A stretch of DNA of 64,000 nt. Source: an uncultured Solirubrobacteraceae bacterium (GTDB taxonomy: Bacteria; Actinomycetota; Thermoleophilia; Solirubrobacterales; Solirubrobacteraceae). The notes under the pieces are model-generated. The model was not told where the DNA came from, did not search any database, and worked only from the letters and a program-made list of their open reading frames with translations. How positions within the stretch are numbered: position 1 is the first letter of the stretch; every line of letters starts with the position of its first letter. The stretch lies in the NCBI GenBank assembly GCA_963813625.1, contig CAWFAC010000014.1, positions 5,187 through 69,186 on the forward strand, read 5' to 3'. Made by a program: the position numbers and the translations under genes. Below are positions 9,045 to 18,398 of the stretch, in pieces.

Positions 9045-9072
9045 CGATACCGGTCGTTCGCAACCGGTATCG
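9045..9072. other. Stable hairpin in non-coding DNA
   Basis: CGATACCGGT-CGTTCGCA-ACCGGTATCG, perfect 10-bp arms. Confidence 0.5.
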
Positions 9073-9239
9073 GGCCACCCGGATTCCCGCAGGCTGTATC
9101 CCGCGGTAGGCTAGGGAGGCCACCAACTGTCGAACGGATGGAGGCGCTTACCGCTCCTCAGCCCGCGGCGAGGATGCCAAGCCGCGGGCGTCTCCCGGCC
9201 GATGCGCTGGCTCGCCATCCGGGTCTTGCCCGAGCCATA

Positions 9240-9653
9240 TCAGTCGATCGCGACTAGCACCGAGCGGACCAGCTCGGCGAGCTGCTCAGGCGTCGTGCCG
9301 GCACTCAGACCAAGAATCCAATCGGCGAGTTGGCGATCTGATGCCTGCACGCGGAAGCCGTTGATCTCCAGGAAGGCGAGCATCGCCACCAGCGCCGTGC
9401 GCTTGTTGCCGTCGATGAATGGCTGGCCCTCGGCAATCCCATGCGCGAGGACTGCCCCCTGAAGCGCGAGATCTGCGGCCTCATAGTGCGCGTAGGCGGC
9501 GGGGCGTGCCAGCGCACTCTCCAACCCATCGCGATTGCGCAGCTGGTCCTGCGCCTGCGCTGCCGTGGCAGCGACGATCAGGCCATACAGCTCAAGTACA
9601 TCCTCCAGCGTCAGGTGGACCAGCTCGAGCTCGTGCGGCTGGTCGTCCCCCAT
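9240..9653 (-). CDS. Fic/Doc family toxin (death-on-curing type)
   Basis: LESALARP...LAHGIAEGQPFIDGNKRTA Doc-type motif, directly downstream of the antitoxin. Confidence 0.9.
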   Translation of the reverse strand: MGDDQPHELELVHLTLEDVLELYGLIVAATAAQAQDQLRNRDGLESALARPAAYAHYEAADLALQGAVLAHGIAEGQPFIDGNKRTALVAMLAFLEINGFRVQASDRQLADWILGLSAGTTPEQLAELVRSVLVAID

Positions 9654-9658
9654 CCTCG

Positions 9659-9913
9659 CTACGAAGGCGAAGCGTCGACGTCAGGGTCGTGGTCGGCGAG
9701 GATCTGCAGTGCCTCTCCATGTTCGCCGACTACTCGTTGGCCGATATCCCGTATCCGCTCGCGGACCATCTCTGTTGACATGATCCGAAGCCCGCCCCCG
9801 GGTAGCTCCTCGACGAGCACCGAGGAGCCGGGCGCATAGCCGCGCGCCTCGAACTCCCGCGGAATCGAGATGACGTTGCTGTTCCCCACGCGGCGAACCT
9901 TCACGACCTTCAT
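9659..9913 (-). CDS. AbrB/MazE-type antitoxin
   Basis: MKVVKVRRVGNSNVISIPREF swapped-hairpin motif, 84 aa. TATACT at 9927-9922 lies 8 nt before the ATG. Confidence 0.88.
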   Translation of the reverse strand: MKVVKVRRVGNSNVISIPREFEARGYAPGSSVLVEELPGGGLRIMSTEMVRERIRDIGQRVVGEHGEALQILADHDPDVDASPS

Positions 9914-10094
9914 GGCAAGCCAGTATATACGGGGATAGCCCGGGCACCAGACGCTGGATGTCTGCTTACAGCCGCCGCCAGCAAGCCGCTGCTGGCATCG
10001 ATTGGTACGTCGGAAGAGACCTCAACGCAAACCCAGAGCGGAAAGCGAGCAACAACCTTCGGTTCATGACCCGAGGGCGGGCTCCACGCCCATG

Positions 10095-10121
10095 AAAAAA
10101 GGCCCCGCTTTGCAGGGCCTT
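10095..10121 (-). terminator. Rho-independent terminator of tRNA-fMet
   Basis: Minus strand AGGCCCTGC-AAA-GCGGGGCCT followed by a T-run. Confidence 0.85.
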
Positions 10122-10127
10122 CCTCCA

Positions 10128-10201
<74 letters not shown>

Positions 10202-10309
10202 TCGCTTCTTATGTTCTAGCAAAGAACCGCGCAACCAACCGGCCCCGCGCGGGGCGCAATCGCCTTTCGCACGAGCGGCTCGACGCGCGCAAACGCCGGC
10301 CGCGCACGC

Positions 10310-11029
10310 TCAGAACGCTACCGGCTTGCCGTCCCTGAAGAAGCCGCCCGTTGGTCCGTCGTCGGGGAGCGTCGCCAGCCACACTATGCCCGCCGCGCCG
10401 TCCTCCACCGACTTCGTCGCGCCCATCGGGCCGCCCATGTCCGTGTTCACGAAGCCCGGGCACGCCGAGTTGACCAGGAAGCGAGCGTCCTTCAGCTCGC
10501 TCGACAGGATTCGCGTCATCGCGTTCATCGCCGCCTTCGACACGCGATACCCAGGCGACCAGCCGCCCATCTCCGCCACGCCACCCATGCCGCTCGACAC
10601 GTTCACGATCCGCGGGTGCGCGCTCGCGCGCAGCAGATCGAGAAGCGCCACGCTCAGGCGGTACGCGCCGTAGAAGTTCGTGTCCAGCGCTCGCTGGATC
10701 GCGTCGAAGTCCGGGTCCACGCCCGCCACGCCGAAGTCGCTGCCGATGCCCGCGTTGTTCACCAGCACGTCAAGCCGCCCCGGATCCGCGCGCACGTGCT
10801 CGGCCGCCGCCGCGATGCTGTGCCGGTCGGACACGTCGAGCGTCAGCGGCCTAACGCTCGCGCCCGTCGCCTGCGCCAGGTCGCTCGCCGCCGCTACAGC
10901 CTGCTCGCCGTCGCGCGCGCTCAGCAGCACCTCATAGCCGTCCTGCGCCAGCTGGCGCGCCACCTCCCTGCCGATCCCGCGGTTGGCCCCCGTCACCAGC
11001 GCCACGCCGCCGTCTCCCTGCCCGCTCAT
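10310..11029 (-). CDS. SDR family oxidoreductase (carbonyl reductase-like)
   Basis: TGANRGIG, NNAG, VNVSS, YRVSK motifs. Confidence 0.92.
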   Translation of the reverse strand: MSGQGDGGVALVTGANRGIGREVARQLAQDGYEVLLSARDGEQAVAAASDLAQATGASVRPLTLDVSDRHSIAAAAEHVRADPGRLDVLVNNAGIGSDFGVAGVDPDFDAIQRALDTNFYGAYRLSVALLDLLRASAHPRIVNVSSGMGGVAEMGGWSPGYRVSKAAMNAMTRILSSELKDARFLVNSACPGFVNTDMGGPMGATKSVEDGAAGIVWLATLPDDGPTGGFFRDGKPVAF

Positions 11030-11100
11030 TCGTGCCCCTTTCGCTCGTTCACGCACACGCCTCCAGCTCGTGCGCCCCACACACCTCTAGCATCTCGCCC

Positions 11101-12033
11101 GTGCGCGTCGCCGTCGTCGACATCGGAACCAACTCCACGCGCCTGCTCATCGCCGACGTCGATCCCCAAGACGGGTCCGTTCACGAGCTCGTGCGACGCT
11201 CGCACGTCACCCGCCTCGGCCACGGCGTCGACTCTGAGGGCTCCCTCTCCGAGGAGTCCATCCAGCGCGTGTTTCGCACGCTCGATGAGTACCGCGCCGC
11301 GATCGATCACCAGCGCGCCACCGCCAACCTCGCCGTGCTCACCTCCGCCGTGCGCGACGCCGCCAACGGCGCCGACTTCGCCGCGCGCGTCCGCAACGAC
11401 TACGGCCTCGACGCGCGCGTCCTCAGCGGCGACGAAGAGGCCCAGCTCACGTTTCTCGGCGCCATGGCCGGACGGCCAGCCCCCACCGAGCCCACCGTCG
11501 TCATCGACATCGGCGGCGGCTCCACCGAGTTCGTCGTCGGCGTCGGGCGCACCGCCCGCTTTCACACCTCGCTGCCCGCCGGCGTCGTCCGTATGAGCGA
11601 GCGCCACATCCACTCCGACCCGCCCGCCCCGCACGAGCTCCAAGCGCTCGCTCGCGATGTCCGCACCACGCTGCTCGAGGGGCTTCCGCCCGACGAGCGC
11701 GCCGTCGAGCGGGGGATCGCCGTCGCCGGCACCGCAACCTCCGCCGCCTCCATCGACCAGGAGCTCGACCCCTACGACCCAGCGCGCGTGCACGGCTACG
11801 CCCTGTTCCTCGGCACCGTCGAAATGCTGCTCGCCCGCCTCGCCGACATGACCGAACATCAGCGTCGCGAGGTCGTCGGCCTGGACCCCGATCGCGCTCC
11901 AACGATCGTCGCCGGAATGATCCTGCTCGCCGAGGCCATGCGGGCCTTCGAGCTCGAGCGCGTTGAGGTCTCCGAGCACGACATCCTCTACGGTGGAGCT
12001 CTCCGACTGGCCGGACTCGGCGGCGTCGCGTAA
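11101..12033 (+). CDS. ppx: Ppx/GppA family exopolyphosphatase
   Basis: VAVVDIGTNSTRLLI, LSGDEEA and DIGGGSTE motifs. TAGCAT lies 7 nt before GTG 11101. Confidence 0.9.
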   Translation: MRVAVVDIGTNSTRLLIADVDPQDGSVHELVRRSHVTRLGHGVDSEGSLSEESIQRVFRTLDEYRAAIDHQRATANLAVLTSAVRDAANGADFAARVRNDYGLDARVLSGDEEAQLTFLGAMAGRPAPTEPTVVIDIGGGSTEFVVGVGRTARFHTSLPAGVVRMSERHIHSDPPAPHELQALARDVRTTLLEGLPPDERAVERGIAVAGTATSAASIDQELDPYDPARVHGYALFLGTVEMLLARLADMTEHQRREVVGLDPDRAPTIVAGMILLAEAMRAFELERVEVSEHDILYGGALRLAGLGGVA

Positions 12034-12050
12034 CTGCGAACGCACGCGCA

Positions 12051-12074
12051 CGCACGGCCCCCCTGGGCCGTGCG
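12051..12074. terminator. Hairpin between convergent genes
   Basis: CGCACGGCCC-CCCT-GGGCCGTGCG perfect 10-bp stem. Confidence 0.65.
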
Positions 12075-12085
12075 CCCCTAAACGT

Positions 12086-13744
12086 TCAAGCAAGGTTCGA
12101 CTTGCGCGGATATACCACGCTCGGATCCGTCAGCACGTTGACCAGCGCCGGCATGCCTGCCGCCAGCGCGCGCTCCAGCGCCGGCCGCAACTCCGCCGGG
12201 CGCTCCACCAGCTCCCCATGCCCGCCCAGCGCCGCCACCATCTGGTCGTAGCGGGTCCCCGGACGCAGGTCCGCCGCCACCGAGTAGCCGTACAGGAACT
12301 CCATCGGGTGCTTCTCCAGCGCCCATATGCCGTTGTTGCCCATCACCCCCACCACGTTCACCCCGTGGCGTGCCAGCGTGTCGAACTCAATCCCCGAGAA
12401 CCCAAACGCCCCGTCGCCCAGCAGCAGCACCACCTGTCGCTCCGGCCGCGCCAGCTTCGCCGCCAGCGCATACCCAGGACCCGTCCCCAAACAGCCGAAC
12501 GGGCCGGGGTCCAGCCAGCACCCGGGCTGGTAGCTGTCCACCACCCGTCCCGCGTACGACACGAAGTCGCCGCCGTCGCCTATCACGATCGCGTCGCGCT
12601 CCAGAACCGTCCCAAGCTCCGCGTACAACCTCATCGGATGAAGCGGTTCCCTGGCATCCTCCCGCTCCGCCCGCTCCGCCTCGCGGCGCTCGGTCTCGCT
12701 CGCCCGCAGCTCCGCGATCCAGCTCTCGCTCGCCAGCACCCGCGCGCCCGCCGCCGCGCGTATGTCCGCCAGCGTCTGGCCGATCGCCCCGTAGCACTCG
12801 ACCGCGACCGGCCGCGGGTGCTCGCGCTCGGGCTCCGCCGCGTCCACCACCACGATCTCCGTGTCCTCGCCGAACGCGCCGCCGAAGCCCAGGCGGAAGT
12901 CCATCGGCACGCCAACCACCAGTGCCACGTCCGCGCCCTTCAGCGCCTGCGAGCGCGCTCGCGAGAAGAACAGCTCGTCGTCCGCAGCCACACAACCTCG
13001 CGCCAGTCCGTTGAGGAACACGGGGATCCGCAGCGTCTGCGCAAGCTCCACCAGCGCCTCCTCCCCACGCCCCCAATACAGATCGGTGCCGGCCATGATC
13101 ACCGGGCGCTCAGCTCCTCGCAGCAGCCCCGCCGCCAGGTCGATCGCCTCACCCGGCGCGCCCTTCACGCCCGCGTCCGTCAGCGCGCGCCCGCCCTCGT
13201 CCTCTGGCTCCAGCGCCTCCATGAACACGTAGTCGAGCGGGAAGTCCACAAACGCCGGGCCCCCGTGCGGCGCGCACGCCGCCGCAAACGCGTCGTCCAC
13301 CAGACCCGGGATCTCCGCGGTGCTCGCCGGTGTCGCCGCCAGCTTCGTCACCGGTCGCACGAATGGCACGTGATCGATCTCCTGCAGCGAGCCCTGACCC
13401 CAACGCAGTGCCGGCGCGCGGCCGCCCAGCACCACCATCGGCGAGTGGTTGGCCTGCGCCGAGGCCATCGCGCTCATCCCGTTCGTCACGCCCGGTCCCG
13501 CCGTCAGCGCGCACACACCCGGTTCGCGCGTCACCTTCGCCCAGCCCTCCGCCGCGAACGCCGCCGTGGACTCATGGCGCACGTCCACGATGTCGATCCC
13601 CTCCTCGCGGCAGCCGTCGTAGATCGAGAACAGATGCCCGCCCGACAGCGTAAACAGCTTGCTCACGCCGTGCGCCTTCAGGCGGCGTGCCACCAAGCGC
13701 CCGCCGTGGAACGTCCTGGTCTCCTGCGCGCCCTGCGTGGACAT
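12086..13744 (-). CDS. ThDP-dependent enzyme, acetolactate synthase / 2-hydroxyacyl-CoA lyase family
   Basis: [21 protein letters not shown] and GDGAFGFSG...GNN motifs. TAGAGT lies 7 nt before ATG 13744. Confidence 0.88.
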   Translation of the reverse strand: MSTQGAQETRTFHGGRLVARRLKAHGVSKLFTLSGGHLFSIYDGCREEGIDIVDVRHESTAAFAAEGWAKVTREPGVCALTAGPGVTNGMSAMASAQANHSPMVVLGGRAPALRWGQGSLQEIDHVPFVRPVTKLAATPASTAEIPGLVDDAFAAACAPHGGPAFVDFPLDYVFMEALEPEDEGGRALTDAGVKGAPGEAIDLAAGLLRGAERPVIMAGTDLYWGRGEEALVELAQTLRIPVFLNGLARGCVAADDELFFSRARSQALKGADVALVVGVPMDFRLGFGGAFGEDTEIVVVDAAEPEREHPRPVAVECYGAIGQTLADIRAAAGARVLASESWIAELRASETERREAERAEREDAREPLHPMRLYAELGTVLERDAIVIGDGGDFVSYAGRVVDSYQPGCWLDPGPFGCLGTGPGYALAAKLARPERQVVLLLGDGAFGFSGIEFDTLARHGVNVVGVMGNNGIWALEKHPMEFLYGYSVAADLRPGTRYDQMVAALGGHGELVERPAELRPALERALAAGMPALVNVLTDPSVVYPRKSNLA

Positions 13745-13799
13745 GCGAGCGACTCTATCCATTCCCGACCACAAGGGATGAGCCCGCCCGGAGCGGCGC

Positions 13800-13822
13800 A
13801 CCCCGGGCGGCGCGCCCGGGGT
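13800..13822. terminator. Hairpin downstream of tRNA-Leu
   Basis: ACCCCGGGCG-GCG-CGCCCGGGGT perfect 10-bp stem. Confidence 0.55.
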
Positions 13823-13843
13823 AGGGCGTTCGCAGCCCGACAG

Positions 13844-13927
13844 TGCCCGGGGTGGGATTCGAACCCACATGCCCTCGCGGGCCATCGATTTTAAGTCGAT
13901 TACGTATACCTATTCCGCCACCCGGGC
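13844..13927 (-). tRNA. tRNA-Leu(TAA)
   Basis: GCCCGGG acceptor stem, ATCGA-CTTAAAA-TCGAT anticodon arm, long variable arm, GTGGGTTCGAATCCCAC T arm. Confidence 0.95.
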
Positions 13928-14028
13928 CGGGCCGCGGATCAGTCTATGCAAGAGGATCACGCAACTGTAGGAGCAACTTTCGCCTTGCTACGGTGTCATT
14001 AGCAACGACAGCAGCTATCGGTCTGTCC

Positions 14029-15621
14029 ATGGAGGTTTCCGCTCTCTCACACCCACGCAGCATGCCGGGCCTTCGCGGCCCTTCTGCTCTGCTGCGCCTG
14101 CACTCGGACGAGCGCCTGATCGCGCTCACCCGCAGTGGTCAGCACGCCGCCTTCGAGGTCCTCTGCGCCCGCTACCAGACCCGCCTGCTGTCCTTCTGCC
14201 GGCACATGCTCGCCTCGCGCGAGGATGCCGAGGACGTCCTGCAGGAGGTGTTCGCAGCCGCCTTCAACGCCGTCCTCGCCGACGAGCGCGAGATCAACGT
14301 CCGGCCGTGGCTCTATCGGATCGCGCGCAACCGCTCGCTCAACCACCTGCGCCGCGCGTCCGCCATCGGCGTGGACTCGATGGACGTGCACTTCGCCGAC
14401 AACGGTGTTTCGACCAGCGACAAGGTGCTGCGCCGCGAGAGCTTCCGCGAGCTCATCGCCGACGTTCACGAGCTGCCCGAGACCCAGCGCACGGCCCTGC
14501 TCCTGCGCGAGATCGACGCTCTCTCCTACGACCAGATCGCCCACGCGATGGAGACCACCGTTCCGTCGGTCAAGTCGTTGCTCGTGCGCGCCCGCATCTC
14601 GCTCGCCGAGGCCGCCGAGGCGCGCAAGCTCAGCTGCGAGGAAGTTCGCCTCGAGCTGGGCGAGCTCGCTGAGGGCTTGGCCAAGCTGAGCGCACCCGCC
14701 CGGCGCCACGTCCGCGGCTGCGAACGCTGCTCCTTCTTCAAGAAGCAGCTCAAGCACAACAACCACGCGCTCGCGATGATCATGCCCGTCGGTCCGCTGC
14801 TGCTCGTCAAGAAGCTGCTGCTCGCAAAGCTCGGCACGACCGCCTCCGCCGGAGGCGCGCATGTGGCCGGCGGCGCCGGCGCCACGATGGGCGCAACCGC
14901 CACCGCCGGAGCAGGAGCTGCCGCCACCGGCGGAGGCGGCGTCGCCGGCGGCATCATGACTGCCGGGGCCGGAGCCCTCGCCACCAAGGCCGTCGCCGGG
15001 CTCGCCGCAGCGGCCATCGTCACCGCCGGCGCCGTCGCAGCGGATCACGCCGTGGTAGTTCACCACCAGCGTCCACGCGTCGTCGCCTCCGTCCCCGCGA
15101 GCGTGCCCGTCGTCCACTACGCCAGCGAACCCGTCGTCGTCCACGAGGCGCTCCAGCCGGTCACCGCCGGGACCTCCGCCGCTCGCATGGCCGCAGCAGC
15201 GCTCGCCGCACACTCTGCGCGCCACCGCAAGACGACCAAGGCGATCGTGACCGCTCCCGTGGTGCCCGCCACCGTCCCGCCGCCCACCTCCGCCGCCGCT
15301 CCCGCCGCGGTGCCCACCACGGCGACCGCCAAGCCCGCGGCTCCGCAGCCGACCGTGCAGGTCACCGAGGTCACCAGCCAGACCACCGAACTTCCCGCCG
15401 CCGCCACCACCACCACCACCACCGGGCAGACAACCACCTCGGGCACCGAAACCACGACTGCCCCAACACCACCCCCGCCCGCGTCGCAGCTGCCGACCGT
15501 CGAATCAGTGCCCGTTCCTGAAGCCACGCCCCCGCCCGCCAGCCAGCCCACCACGCCCAGCCCCGCTGAAGGCCAGAGCACGCAGAACGACGGCGGCACC
15601 GAAGCTCCTCCCGCCGGCTAA
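14029..15621 (+). CDS. ECF sigma-70 factor with fused zinc-finger (ZAS-like), hydrophobic segment and Pro/Thr-rich tail
   Basis: SDERLI..AEDVLQEVF..WLYRIARN (sigma2), LPETQRTALLLREIDALSYDQIA (sigma4), C...HVRGCERC. Confidence 0.88.
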   Translation: MEVSALSHPRSMPGLRGPSALLRLHSDERLIALTRSGQHAAFEVLCARYQTRLLSFCRHMLASREDAEDVLQEVFAAAFNAVLADEREINVRPWLYRIARNRSLNHLRRASAIGVDSMDVHFADNGVSTSDKVLRRESFRELIADVHELPETQRTALLLREIDALSYDQIAHAMETTVPSVKSLLVRARISLAEAAEARKLSCEEVRLELGELAEGLAKLSAPARRHVRGCERCSFFKKQLKHNNHALAMIMPVGPLLLVKKLLLAKLGTTASAGGAHVAGGAGATMGATATAGAGAAATGGGGVAGGIMTAGAGALATKAVAGLAAAAIVTAGAVAADHAVVVHHQRPRVVASVPASVPVVHYASEPVVVHEALQPVTAGTSAARMAAAALAAHSARHRKTTKAIVTAPVVPATVPPPTSAAAPAAVPTTATAKPAAPQPTVQVTEVTSQTTELPAAATTTTTTGQTTTSGTETTTAPTPPPPASQLPTVESVPVPEATPPPASQPTTPSPAEGQSTQNDGGTEAPPAG

Positions 15622-16256
15622 CCGAGCGTGAAGCTTTTCAGCGGTCGCAGCAGCACGCCCGTAGACCCCACTTCCACCGGCGAGGAGATCTGGGCACTCG
15701 CTGACGGCGAGGTGAGCATCACGATGTCCACACCTTCGCGTGCACCCGCGCGCGGCGGCACGAGCAGCACGTCTCGAGCGTACATCGCCCGTCCTTCGAC
15801 CTCGGTCGTGTACAGCACCTCGTAGCCCGTCTCTTCCTTGTTGATCTTGGTCTTGCCCTGACCACGCAGCACGAAGCCCACAGACCGCTCGCTCAGCGCG
15901 CGGATCAAGCGCCCCGCATACAGCGGCATCTCGCTGGACAGTTCGCCGGAGTAAGCCGGCAGCCGCAGTGGATCGACCGCGAAGGAGTACTTCAGCGCGC
16001 CGTCCGGCCAGCGGCCCTGCACCTTCACGTACCCGCCCGGGTCGGGAGCCGTGCGGTACAGGTCCCGGTAGCTGAAGCTAAACGGGACCCTGCCACCGTG
16101 CGTGAACGCGGCGTTCTCGAGCGTCAGCGCCCCCGTCACCAGCAGTGCTGCCAGCCCCACGCCCACGATGATCACCGCCGCGCGGGTCAGCCGCGACGCG
16201 TCGTGCCAGCGGGGAGCCAGCAAGCGCCCGAGCGTCGGCCCATACTCGGGCTTCAT
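15618..16256 (-). CDS. Hypothetical single-pass membrane protein
   Basis: MKPEYGPTLG..., one TM helix (AAVIIVGVGLAALLVTGALTL). Start uncertain. Confidence 0.7.
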   Translation of the reverse strand: MKPEYGPTLGRLLAPRWHDASRLTRAAVIIVGVGLAALLVTGALTLENAAFTHGGRVPFSFSYRDLYRTAPDPGGYVKVQGRWPDGALKYSFAVDPLRLPAYSGELSSEMPLYAGRLIRALSERSVGFVLRGQGKTKINKEETGYEVLYTTEVEGRAMYARDVLLVPPRAGAREGVDIVMLTSPSASAQISSPVEVGSTGVLLRPLKSFTLG

Positions 16257-16284
16257 CGTCACTGCCACCACCGCCGTCAGGCGA

Positions 16285-16566
16285 TCATTCCCCAATCGAG
16301 AACAGCGCTTCGAGATCGTGGCGCGAGTACGCGGCGAACGCGACCATCGTCTGCGTGCGCGTCACCCCCGACAGACCGCCGATCTCGCCGGTCACCACGT
16401 CCGCGAGCTGCTCGTGATCGGGCACCCGCACGATCGCCACGAAGTCCCATGCCCCGGTCACCGAGTAGGCCTCCGCAACGCCCTCGATGTCCGCGAGCGC
16501 AGCACCGAGACTCGACAGCGCGTCGCGCTCAGCCTCGATCAGCACCACCGCGTTGGTCATCGTCAT
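16285..16566 (-). CDS. Lrp/AsnC ligand-binding domain protein
   Basis: GVAEAYSVTGAWDFVAIVRV...GVTRTQTMV. TATGAT lies 9 nt before the ATG. Confidence 0.9.
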   Translation of the reverse strand: MTMTNAVVLIEAERDALSSLGAALADIEGVAEAYSVTGAWDFVAIVRVPDHEQLADVVTGEIGGLSGVTRTQTMVAFAAYSRHDLEALFSIGE

Positions 16567-16586
16567 CGCCCGAGAATCATAGGTGC

Positions 16587-17387
16587 CTAGGACTCCCGCT
16601 CACCGAGCTGATGCATGCTGAACCCAACCACCAGGCCCAGCGCCGCCCCTGTGACCCCCGCCAGCCAGCTCGCCTCCGGGCGCGCGAACGGGATCGCCAA
16701 CAGCAACGCAGCGATCGCGCCCGCGCCCAGGAGGTCGCCCTCGTAGTACGTGCCCGCGCGCGCGCACTCCAGGTCCGGCGCAGCCCACGCCGCGAGCAGC
16801 GCCAGAGCCGCTCCGTTGCCACCGCTCACGATCGCCTCCGAATACACCGCGCTCGCCACCAGCGCCCCCGTGGCGCCCGCGCCGAAGAACAGCGCCAGCA
16901 CCGCCGCCGGCCCGTGGCGGCGCTCGAACAGCCAGCCGAAGATCGCCACCGCAAGCAGCGTCACGAACGCATATATGCCGTTGGCGTACGCGAACTGGCT
17001 CGTGAACAGCTTCCACCAGTCCCCGTGGAGTGGACCGATGATCGCCATGTTGATGTACAGATCGGGTTTGGCGTGCCACACCACCCATGCCACGCAGCTG
17101 GCCGCCACCAGGACGATCGTCGCGTACGGGCGTTCGGCCCCCCAGCGCCCCGGCGCCGCACGGCGAGCGGTGCGTGGAAGAGCGCGCACCGGGGCTGACT
17201 TGGAGCGACCGAACAGCGACGCAAGCCGCCAGCGACCGCGGCGAGCGCGGGCGGGGGCGTTCGCCGGCGGCAGCTTGGGTGCGCGTCTGCGCAGGCGATT
17301 GCCGCAGTAGGGGCACTCGGTGATGTATGGGCTCACCTCCGACCCGCACTGCTTGCACACGACGAACAGATCGGCACCGGAGGTCAT
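16587..17387 (-). CDS. Zinc-ribbon plus rhomboid-fold membrane protein, catalytic residues degenerate
   Basis: CKQC...CPYC N-terminus, GDWWKLFTSQF rhomboid L1-like segment, six or more TM segments. TAGAAT lies 7 nt before ATG 17387. Confidence 0.82.
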   Translation of the reverse strand: MTSGADLFVVCKQCGSEVSPYITECPYCGNRLRRRAPKLPPANAPARARRGRWRLASLFGRSKSAPVRALPRTARRAAPGRWGAERPYATIVLVAASCVAWVVWHAKPDLYINMAIIGPLHGDWWKLFTSQFAYANGIYAFVTLLAVAIFGWLFERRHGPAAVLALFFGAGATGALVASAVYSEAIVSGGNGAALALLAAWAAPDLECARAGTYYEGDLLGAGAIAALLLAIPFARPEASWLAGVTGAALGLVVGFSMHQLGERES

Positions 17388-17446
17388 CTCGACCATTCTA
17401 AGGACCTCTCGACCCCGCCCTACGCGCCTCTGGAATACTCACGCCC

Positions 17447-18370
17447 ATGACCCTCGGATATGACCAGAAGCTGTACATACTCGCGTTCGATCACCGTGGC
17501 TCGTTCCAGAAGAAGTTCTTCGGGATCGACGGCGAGCCGGACTCCGAGCAGACAGCGATCATCGCCGACGCCAAGCACCTCATATTCGAGGGCATGCTCC
17601 AGGCAGTCGGCGCCGGCGCGGACCCAGCCGTGACCGGCGTGCTCGTCGACGAGCAGTTCGGCTCCACCGTTCCAGCAGAGGCGCGCGAGCGCGGCCTGAG
17701 GCTCGCGATGCCCGCCGAGCGCTCGGGCCAGAGCATGTTCGACTTCCAATACGGCGAGGACTTCGGCGAGCACATCGAGCGCTTCGATCCCGACTTCACC
17801 AAGGTGCTCGTCCGCTACAACCCCGACGGTGACCGCGCCGCCAACCGTGAACAGCTCGCCAAGCTACGTCGCTTGAGCGACTGGCTGAAGGAGCACGAGC
17901 GCAAGTTCCTGTTCGAGCTGCTCGTGCCCGCCGAGGATGCACAGCTGCAGTCGGTCGACGGCGACACCGACCGCTACGACGCCGAGCTGCGGCCCGAGCT
18001 GATGCGCCGCACGATTGCCGAGAACCAGGAAGCCGGCATCGAGGTGGACGTCTGGAAGATCGAGGGCGTCGAACAGCGCTCCGACTGCGAGATGCTAGTC
18101 GCCCAGGCGCGTTCGGGCGGCCGCGACGGCGTGGCATGCGTCGTGCTCGGGCGCGGCGCAAACGACGCCAAGGTCGACCATTGGCTGGCCCAGGCGGCCC
18201 CCGTGGACGGCTTCATCGGCTTCGCCATCGGCCGCTCGATCTGGTGGGGCCCGTTGAAGGCCTACGTCGACGGCAAGATCGAGCGTGCCACCGGCGCGCG
18301 GAAGATCGCCGAGAACTACCTGCGCTTTGTAGCTATCTACGAGCGCGCCAAGGCGCCCGTAGGCTCCTGA
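17447..18370 (+). CDS. DUF2090 / IolC C-terminal-like class I aldolase-fold protein
   Basis: LAFDHR, KVLVRYNP, LFELLVP, DVWKIEG, VVLGRG and GFAIGRSIW motifs. Confidence 0.82.
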   Translation: MTLGYDQKLYILAFDHRGSFQKKFFGIDGEPDSEQTAIIADAKHLIFEGMLQAVGAGADPAVTGVLVDEQFGSTVPAEARERGLRLAMPAERSGQSMFDFQYGEDFGEHIERFDPDFTKVLVRYNPDGDRAANREQLAKLRRLSDWLKEHERKFLFELLVPAEDAQLQSVDGDTDRYDAELRPELMRRTIAENQEAGIEVDVWKIEGVEQRSDCEMLVAQARSGGRDGVACVVLGRGANDAKVDHWLAQAAPVDGFIGFAIGRSIWWGPLKAYVDGKIERATGARKIAENYLRFVAIYERAKAPVGS

Positions 18371-18398
18371 TTGAGTCCACGGGCGACGAGGCGCGGTC

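Noticed and set aside
9101-9109. CCGCGGTAG, a partial match to the inverton repeat
   Set aside because: Only 9 nt of GC-rich sequence, expected by chance.
13993-14031. Upstream GTG start that would put a TTA codon third in the ECF gene (bldA-like control)
   Set aside because: No SD or well-placed -10 supports it, and the extension shows no sigma similarity.
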